From the human T2T-CHM13v2.0 reference genome, Homo sapiens, in assembly GCF_009914755.1 (NCBI RefSeq), contig NC_060937.1: a DNA stretch of 64,000 bases. One strand, 5' to 3'. The notes below the pieces were generated by a model, which was not told the DNA's origin, ran no database searches, and worked only from the letters and a program-made list of their open reading frames with translations. The stretch's first letter is position 1. Every line of letters begins with the position of its first letter. Both the position numbers and the translations under genes were made by a program. Below are positions 54,590 through 64,000 of the stretch, piece by piece.

Positions 54590-57060
54590 ACCCAACCTAA
54601 TATCACACTGAGCTCTCAAACCCTTCCACTCCACCTTGCTGAGCGTGTCATTTGTCATTGCCAAAATCCTCCACTCTTCAGCCTCCCCTCTGAATGATCT
54701 CCCACCTTTTTGTTGTGCTCTTCCAGAGGACCCTGCTTCCACAGCCTGTCTCTCAATAAGGGCTGTTTTCCCTCTAAACTGACATATCACAGGGTCCGGA
54801 TGAAGGTAGGGGTCTTGTTTGCTTCTCATCACCACCTGCTGTTAATTTTAACTCCCTCCTCCCTGAAACTCTCCATCTCCTTTGAAGCCATGCCCTTGTG
54901 AGCTTCTCATCTTTGTTGGAGTCATCTGAAGGTCTCTGAGACACTCACACTCATTCTTTGAAGACTTCAGCACCACGCTCACTGTCTTTCCCAAACCCTC
55001 CTCTTGTCATAATGCTTGGTGATTTCAAAATCCATGCAGAGGATCCTTCCCCTCCCCGACCACTCACCTTTGTGACCTTCTCCCCGATGATCTTGTTCTT
55101 CCCACTACTGCAGCCATTGATAGATCTTGCCCTGTAAATAACCACATACCCTACAAAATTACAAGACTTCTACTTCAAAGCTTTCCCTCTCTGGCTCCCG
55201 CTTTCTCTCTGTCCAGCTCACTCCCTTCAGTCCTTTGATTCCAGGAATTCCTCAGCCCCATCACAATCACCAGTCCATTAATTCTACCAGTTTTTTCACA
55301 GTCCCCACTACTCATATTCTCATTTCCCTCCATGCCCATCTCAAACTCCACAGCCCCCATTGTAACCCCTTCCTTGAAGACCCCTTCCACTCCCTTGCCA
55401 TCATTCTCTTTGTTGCACTCACTTGGCTGAATTGTAAACGTGGCTAATGGTAAATCCAACTCTCAGTCTATTCTGTTCCTCCTCCCCAACCAGTTGAATA
55501 TGGCAAGAGGAAACAATGCCAAATAACCTGATTTTAAGCCCATGAGTACTAACCTCAACTGAGCCATTGGTATGGCCCAAGGATCCTTCAAGAGACAGCA
55601 CAGCATTTGGAGGGTTTATGCAGCCAGACTTTCCCTTTCAGATTCCCAGCTCTGCCCCTTATGAGCTGCATCATCATGAGATATTTATCTTTATGTTCTG
55701 TGCTTCAGTGTTTTAATCTGTAAAATGGGAAGAAGAATAATACTTATGTCTGGGATTGCAGTGAGGATTTCATTAGTTAATATATGTAAAGTGCTTAGAA
55801 AAGTTTCTGGCACATAATGACCCCATATAATAGTACATCATCATCATCACCATCTTACTACGTTTCCTGGGTCCACTTACTCTTCTGCTTGCCTAGAAAA
55901 CCATTTCACACATTTTCTCCGCCTCTTTCTTTCTCACACAGTCCTAATCCCTACTCAACCTCCTCACTTTGAATCAATGATCTTGATTGTTATTTTACTG
56001 AGAAAATAGAAGTAAACAAAAGAGAACCTTCCTCACTCTGAGTCAATGAACGTACCCCAGCTATACTCATCTAGTTCTTTCCCTCTTGCTGCTGTGAATG
56101 AGCCCTCTGTACTTCCATCTAAGATCAACCACCACCCTGTGCCTTAGGTCCCATCAATTCTCAAAGTCATCTGTCTAGTGATTTCCCCCTCTCTCTCCTG
56201 CATCAATGATTCACTGGATCATTCCCATCATCATACCTACATGCTGTAGTAACCTTCCTCGATCCATCAGCCTCGAAGTAGCTACCCATTTCTGTCTTCC
56301 TACTTTACTGCCAAACTGCCTCAATGCCTCTATCTCCTTGCTTCCCCATTTTTTCCTAAATCCACTCGTATGATTTTTTTTTCTTTTCCCACCATCGTTC
56401 CATCAAAACTGCTCTTATCAGGGTGACCAAAGACCACTCTGTTGGCCAAACCATGGTAATTTCCCAGTCCTTGTTTTTATTTGATTAACAGTAGCATCTG
56501 AAATGGCCAAGTACTCTTTCCTTGAAACTTTTCTCGCTTGGCTTCTGGGATGCCACGCCCTTCTATTACTCTTGTTTCCTTCTTGGCCACTCCTCCTGAT
56601 TCTTTTGCTGTTTTCATCTCATATTCTTGACCTCTAAATATTGCAGGGCCTGAAGGTCCAACCCCTGGCCCTCTTTTTGTCTCTACTTACACTGACTCCC
56701 TTAGTGATCTCTGCCAGTTTAAAGCATTAAATACCATCTCTAAGCTAATGATGGCTGTATTTATATGCTTTTTCTCCAGATAGCCTCATGGCTTACTCTA
56801 TTACTTCCTGCAGGTCTTGGTTCAAATTTCACCTGACAGAGAGACCTTCCCAGTCCATTCTAAATAAAATAATCTTCCCATTCCATCAGTCTATATCTCC
56901 TTATTCTGTTTTATTATTATTATTATTTGCACAGCACTTTTCTTCTTCTGACATATATTTATTTGTATATTGAAAGCCTTTGAGAACAAGGACATTACCC
57001 AGCTCACAGAGAGCCTTCCTTGCACATAGAAAGCTACCAATAAATGTTTGTTGAGTAAAA
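54590..57060 (+). mobile_element. Long L2 fossil (EN + RT remnants + 3' end) with a MIR inserted at ~55590-55840
   Basis: LVIMLGDFKIH from 55003, SIKTALIRVTKD from 56399, GPEGPTPGPLF from 56646; ends caataaatgtttgttga. Confidence 0.75.
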
Positions 57061-57987
57061 ACACAATCTCATTCAGTCCTGACAATACCCCAACAATCCT
57101 ATTAGAAAGATTATTACAGATGAAGAAACAGAATCAAGTTAACCTGTTACCACACAGCTGGCAATTCAGGCAGCCTGACTCTAGCCCACATGCCTATCTA
57201 CCATTGCTACAGAAGCCAGAAGGGTACACAGGATCAGAGGGTTCTTTTACCAGGTACAGAGTTTATGTTGAGGACAAATAGAGAACTGCTGGGGTGGTAG
57301 TGGTGGGGAACACAGGGGAGTGACATACTCTTAGTAAGGTGCTGACTCCATCCAAAATGTGCACATAATTGCCCATCTCCAGTTCCTACCTCATTAAGTC
57401 CTGCCAACTCAGAGACTGCTGTGGTGCTTCATTGGAAAGTTTAGGCTGACGGTAGATTGTATATATGCTTTGTCAGCATCAAAGTGGCCTGTGCTGACAA
57501 TATTTAAGTCAGATTTAGTTAAGAGCTTCAAATCAATGCTACCTTGAGGTCTCTGAAATTAAAGCCTTTTCTTGCTGTTTCCATAGCAGCCTGATAGTTG
57601 ACATAATCCCCAAAGAAGCTTATATATTAATACCCAAGGACCATTTACAGTTTTCATGCACTGCTGACCTGAAATGCCATGACTAGAGCTAGATATACTA
57701 GCAAAATATTGAGTTATTTAAAGAACATAGTATAGTCCAAACTATAGTGAAAGAGGATTGGGTTTTCAAGAACCTGATTAAATAAACTTTAAAAATACAC
57801 ATATTTTCAATATTTGACTTCTTTAAAGTTTAGTGCTCCATGGATTCTGACCTTTCAGGTACCTCACACATGGGGGTTGTAAGATGCAAAGGATATTTTT
57901 ATGTAGGCAATAAATGCATTCAGTTAATAGATGCTAAAATTTACCATGTTTCCATGGTGAAATGAACTGCTGTTTTCTGTTTTAAAG

Positions 57988-58068
57988 GGAACCAGGTGTT
58001 CACCCTCCAATACCTCCAAAGCCCAGTTCTCCTGTTTCTTCTCCTAACCAGCTGAGACAGGATAATAG
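57988..58068 (+). CDS. SCEL: SCEL exon 10, EPGVHPPIPPKPSSPVSSPNQLRQDN(R)
   Basis: ttctgttttaaag| acceptor, AG|gtaaga donor; 81 nt, phase 2-2. Confidence 0.95.
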
Positions 58069-60238
58069 GTAAGACCTAGTACTCCAGAATTTCTTGACAA
58101 AATGAAGTTCAAGGGAAATGAAAGTAAATGGACTGTGACCCGCTGTGGGCAAAGCATGAATGTTTTGTGTGCACATTCCCTAAAGAAGCGCCTGTAGAAC
58201 TTTTTCTAATTTTATTTCCCAACACATATGTTTATTTATGTTTGTCTTTGAATACTAATGGCTAACTTGTCTTAAGAAAATATGCCTTCAAGATAAAAAT
58301 GGAACAATATTCATGTTCAGAAAGTGTTTGTACACAGACTTTTTATATATTTGCTCCTAATATACAAATATAAATACATATATGTATTTGACATGTATCA
58401 CATATAATATACATATAAACCATATTAAAAATGTATTTTTTGTTCATGTTTGTTCCAAGTCAAGTTTCCCACTAAGAGATACAGATTCTGATGAACGATG
58501 TTCTTGAAACTTTGTGTTACCACTCAAATCCTTGCTTATGTTACAAATACCTTTGAGTAGTTCTTTAATCTTTTTTTACTGAAGGGATTTGTAATTTATT
58601 TCAAAACTATCACAAATTTTGAAAGGTGTTCTAATTGACTTGTCTCTGAATCAGGAAAAATAGACTTGCTTCTCAGCTTTGAATCTCTGTCACTCTATAA
58701 TTAATACTTGGAAACAAATTCAGAGATCTGAACTCTTCCCATGTGTTACATTTAAACTGTTTAATATATCTTGAACAATTTTTCAAGATGTACACCCCAC
58801 ATTTCCATTATTATTGTGAGATTAAAAAATAGTAACTCAACGGAGATTGACTACATTACATCTCCTTGATTGCCTACTGTTGCTTCTTTTGTATTTTTGC
58901 TCTTCGATGGTGATTTTTTTGACACCACGTAAGACACAATTATGAAACTATTCTTTAATAAGACACAACCATAGAACTACTTTTTAGTAGACACAATTAT
59001 AGAAATATTCTTCATTAAGAGAGTAACTTCAGTTACAAAGTTTTGACTGGGCAGCAGGACTATGTAGCAATAGGTGTTAAAACTCCAGGTTTGAATTTCT
59101 GTTCAGTGAAACTGCACAGGATCTTTGAAATTTTGTCCATAGGATGAGAGCATAATTTTTTAAATTGAGTCAAGAGAATATTTCTTCACTGAACTAATTA
59201 AAAATATAGATCAGATTTATAACTTTTTGTTTGTATGATGGTTATAATGATCTCTTAAAAATATCTTCTCAAGCTTTTTAATCTTACATTATTTTTCCTC
59301 TAACTCTTCTAGTATTGAGCAATTAAATCCCAATTTGAATAGAATTGTTTTAAGGGGCTAAAATTAATTGGCCTTAGTACCACCGATATTCTAATCTAAA
59401 ATCAGCATCACTAGAGCTACAAGCTTGTTTAAATTTAAAGGAAGCTAAATTTCACAGGAACTTACTACTCAAATTTCTTTATTCTACCAATGATCTAAAA
59501 AATAAAATTGGGACAACTTGCATGTTTTTTTGAAGTCCTGACTACTTTAATCACAGCAAGATGATTTTAATGAAAGAATATGAAATGGAAGTGTTTCCTA
59601 TGTAATTAACACATGTCCTCAGGAGTACAAAAAATAGTCGAATATAGCTTCTTGAGAACAAGTAGGAATGTATAAGTAGGTCAACCAGATACTTTAAAAA
59701 AGAGTAGAGAAAAGTCTTAAATTGTGCCAGAACCTAACATAATAAAATTTAATTCTGTCAGCTTAGTATGGTCATTCCCAATGTAGTAGGTGTACTTGAA
59801 ACATAGACTCTTCTTCCCACCTTTTATGAACAAATATATTTCTTGATAGTATTCAAATGGGATAATTCTTTAAGAAAAAAATCCCTTTGATGCCCATAAC
59901 AAAAATTAATATTTTAAAATGTTATATCATTATCTGATAGAGATAAGTATGAAAATGCTTTATTGATGGAGAACAAAAAACAACATAAACATATTTAGAA
60001 CTTATAAGTCTAGATAGATCCAGTGGTTTACAAATATGCGATAAAGATAGATTAAATTACAAACTCAGTATACTGGAGTTCCCGCCAACCCAAAGAATTT
60101 AAGTTTGTTATCTCAGGTAGTGTTATGGTTCCAACAAACACTGATCTTTTTGTACATAAATTTTTTAAAATAAATTTCAATTTATCAAAAAGTGTTTTCT
60201 TTTCTGACTGATATAATCTTCTAACTTTGAAAATATAG

Positions 60239-60304
60239 GCAGATACATCCACCTAAACCAGGTGTATATACAGAAACCAACAGATCTGCTGAAAGAAATA
60301 TAAG
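60239..60304 (+). CDS. SCEL: SCEL exon 11, QIHPPKPGVYTETNRSAERNI(R)
   Basis: aaatatag| acceptor, AG|gtacac donor; 66 nt, phase 2-2. Confidence 0.94.
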
Positions 60305-61379
60305 GTACACTGATTTCTATTTATATCTATGTAACTGTAGTAATGATAAAGTATGCTTTCTCAGCACATTAAAAAATGCAAGGCAATTAATAATAAGGTA
60401 GACAAAATCAGTTTTCCAACTGACTCCAAAATATTAATAAATGTTTTTGTAGGCACTTTCAGAATTTTGTTCCTTTTAATTCTATCCCAAACTTTCCATT
60501 AAGAAAACTACCAAAATGGTGTGAACAAGGTAACAGGATAAGATCAAACCCACTAAAGGCAGGAAAGCTTGCTCACCTCTTTATTCCCAGGACCTGCTCT
60601 GAGGTCTATGATATAGTTGGTGTGGATGTATAAAGAGGTGGAAATACAGTTGTTCAGTTGAACTTGTGTTACAAAATCCTGCAGCATCAGGAAGAAGCAC
60701 ATTGATGCCATTTGTTAAGGGACATTCACCAAATGTCGTCGGGGGGGAGGGTAAGGTGGCATTCCCCAAATGTCTGGTCTCCCGATTTACACTTCTAATT
60801 TATGCTTGTTGTCTTGCACATCCTATTTAGTCTAGCATTTGTTCTGGATGTGTCTTCTTTTTCTCCCTTTTCTAAGGAAAAAAATTACTTTTTGAAAATA
60901 GTTTTTAAACAGTGCAATTTTATAGGTCTATCAATATGATAATTTTTCAGTCAAAAGATTTTTATGACTGAAAAAATTACTTTGAAGTTTAAAACTTATA
61001 TACTTTTCATTTTTTATATTATCCCCGTTTGACTTTCAGAAGAGTGCCATTCTAAAAGACACATCACATGTATTCTCTTCTTTGGAGAAAGTCATGTTTC
61101 CCTTGTTCTGAGGAGCTTACAGCACCACTCTTGGCATTCCCCAACCTGTGTTCTATGTGCCACAGGATGTCAATGCATGTTCTGCAAAAGAAGAGTTCAG
61201 TGTTTCACTACATTTAGGAAACACAGTTTAATAGAGTTTTCTGCCACAGAACTTTTCAGAATCTTTAGTGTGCTTATGTGTATTCCAAATCAGCAAAAGT
61301 CGGTTACATTTCCCAACTTACTTGGCTACAAAATCCTTTCTTCATGGAACCTTATTAACCATCTATGAGATACTGAGTT

Positions 61380-61778
<399 letters not shown>

Positions 61779-62101
61779 TGATTTGGAATACATGAGCCCT
61801 CTATGTGCTCAGGTGCTTCCACCTATTCTAGAGTCTGAGAAGACAAACATTTTCACCCCTTTAGGGTGAAAAGGAATAATTAATTAATTAATTGTATCTG
61901 TTGCTTAATGCTGCTTGGTTCTGGTAGAAAACCTTTTGAACTCACTTCTGTGTTTACTTGTCAGTTAAATGGATTTTGTTTTCTATGTCCTTTTTGTAAC
62001 ATAGAACCTGGGAGCTGGCAATACAAGTCTTCAGGAGAAAATGTAGTTATTTCAGTGAGCACTAGATGGCAGAGCCAACACCCAGGTGGAATAACAGAGG
62101 G

Positions 62102-62103
<2 letters not shown>

Positions 62104-62139
<36 letters not shown>

Positions 62140-62161
62140 CTGTGTGTGTGTGTGTGTGTGT
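62104..62161 (+). repeat. Interrupted (GT)n microsatellite, ~(GT)16 + CGTC + (TG)10
   Basis: Read directly. Confidence 0.95.
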
Positions 62162-62355
62162 CAGTGGGGGATGTGTGTGTCTCTGTGTGCCATGAGCTGA
62201 CATAATAGAACCATTTTGTCATTCTGTTAAACTCAGTAATTCCTGAACACCACCTAGACTATTTACTTTATTTACTGAAAACAAATGAGAAATTTTAGCT
62301 CCTTCAAAAATAGCTCGACTATCATTGACCTGTATTTATTTTTCATTGTTTGAAG

Positions 62356-62415
62356 GAGTCAGGATCTTGATAACATCGTCAAAGTGGCCACTTCACTTCA
62401 GAGAAGTGACAAAGG
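62356..62415 (+). CDS. SCEL: SCEL exon 12, SQDLDNIVKVATSLQRSDK(G); first 20-aa central repeat unit
   Basis: ttgtttgaag| acceptor, GG|gtgaga donor; 60 nt; carries the QDLDNxxKV motif of the sciellin central repeats. Confidence 0.95.
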
Positions 62416-64000
62416 GTGAGATCTCAGAGCTTTTGAGCTTGGGTTTTATCTTCCCTGGTGTTTCAAAAATGCTTAACCACACCTTTAAAAGTTCCAAATA
62501 TGAACAAAATCCTAGTGCTGTATATCGTATATAATTTAAAATAAGAAAGCATCAGTTTCTCCAGATAAGTATTCCTGAATAGTGGATGGTGCCAACATTT
62601 ATGGACACTCTTCCAACTCTGCTGCTTTTTCTGGCAATTTTACTCACCCAGTGACCTCAGCTGTCAAGCCTCATTCCAAATATCCAGTCCTGTATTTATG
62701 TTGCTGGTCCAGATCTCCACTCATCTCCTAGCACCACCCCTCAGGATGTCCAAGGTCATATCCAAATTCCTTCCCAAATGTGCTGTTCCTCACTTCTCTG
62801 TTCTTGAATTCCTGCAGACTCACCTTTCTGGAATAATTCTTGATTCTTCCTTCTCCTTCCCCTTAAGTAGTATCATGCATGCACGAATTAAACATCTAAA
62901 ATGTCCCTCATGTGTACACGGATTTCCCCTAGTTTAAAACCTCATTGACTCCTTCACAGATTATTAGAGTAGTTATTCAGCTTTACTTACACTCTTCAGG
63001 CTTTCCTTCCACTAAACTATTATCACCCATCAATGCCATAATTTTTCCAAAGATTCTGCTCAATCACTGAACCAGATCCACATTGCCCATTCAATGGCAT
63101 ATAACCTCATTCAAAGCCCTTGCGAACCTGGCTCCAGCCTCACATTCCAGTTATTTCTGTTTTCACTCCTATATTTATCCTACGTTCATATCAAGGGAAA
63201 CCATTTTCTCTCTGTAGTTTCCAAATACTCTGGCTTTGTTTATACCACATGGTAGCCTTTTCCAGCCTCAAGCCACCATGCCAATCCATCCAAGCCCTGC
63301 CCATTGTTCAAGATCTGGATCAAGTGGCACCTTCTCTGTTGTCTTCCCTGAGTGATCCAGTGAGATGTGACTTCTGCCTCTATTAGCACTTAGAGTTGCA
63401 CTATTCATATTTTATAAGAGCGAATCATACTCAGTTTTGTTTCCTGTTATTTGCATAAGTGTGTTACCTTCTCTATCATCTCTATAGTCTCTCAGGGCAG
63501 ATATTTTGTCTTATTTGCCATTTACAGTGTGTGACATGATGCTTTGTACACAGTGTTTAATAGATTATGGTAAAATCATAATATTCCATTGTTTAAGTCC
63601 AAAGCTCTCAAAAATATTCCTTGTTTAATAGATTTTAGTAATGCTAAGAGTGTTGTTAGAGATTGCAGTCTCTGTCAAAAGAATTGAAGAGAAGAAAATG
63701 TGACACTTGGCTTTTCTGTGCAAATTCATAAACAAAATAGGAGCTCTGAATCCAGACAGAGTCTATAGAAATTGTCCTGAATGTTTCATTTCCATGTCTT
63801 CCCTCATTGAAGTGTCTAGATCTCTAATTTTATTGATTTATTTCTGTTGCAGGTAATATTTTGTTTCCAGTAGGGATTAGACAGTGGTTTGGTGGGTGAT
63901 CGGGATATCTGAGAAACAGATAAGTGAGTGACTCTGAAGGGAAATTATGGTTTGGTGTAAATCAAATAAAAACTGTCAGAGAGGCAGTTAGTTTAACTTT

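Noticed and set aside
58932-59020. Repeat-spacer (CRISPR-like) reading of short periodic repeats
   Set aside because: Eukaryotic intron, no unique spacers, no cas genes; ordinary degenerate tandem repeat.

Overview
Primate (almost certainly human) genomic DNA holding the 5' part of SCEL (sciellin), a cornified-envelope LIM protein gene, on the + strand. It contains the promoter, non-coding exon 1, and coding exons 2-12 (24712-62415). These splice with GT-AG junctions into one open frame of 752 nt (MSNVTLRKMSPTGNEMKSTTQG...RSQDLDNIVKVATSLQRSDKG); the gene continues beyond the window. The rest is intron and upstream DNA rich in Alu, L1, L2, MIR, MaLR LTRs, hAT DNA transposons and microsatellites. 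Apart from L1 remnants and frames overlapping SCEL exons, the supplied ORFs are repeat-derived or chance ORFs. I found no convincing new multi-gene system. The most unusual signals are: a 172-bp templated copy of nearby DNA captured inside an Alu; a strictly phase-2 modular exon array with short linear motifs on single exons; a compact EICE/Y-box/perfect X-box cluster in intron 9; an NF-kB plus GAS pair beside a young AluYa-type insertion; a near-abutting inverted Alu pair before exon 9; and a candidate recursive or poison splice site in intron 12. Gene and repeat names come from recognition by eye, not from searches. Repeat boundaries are approximate.
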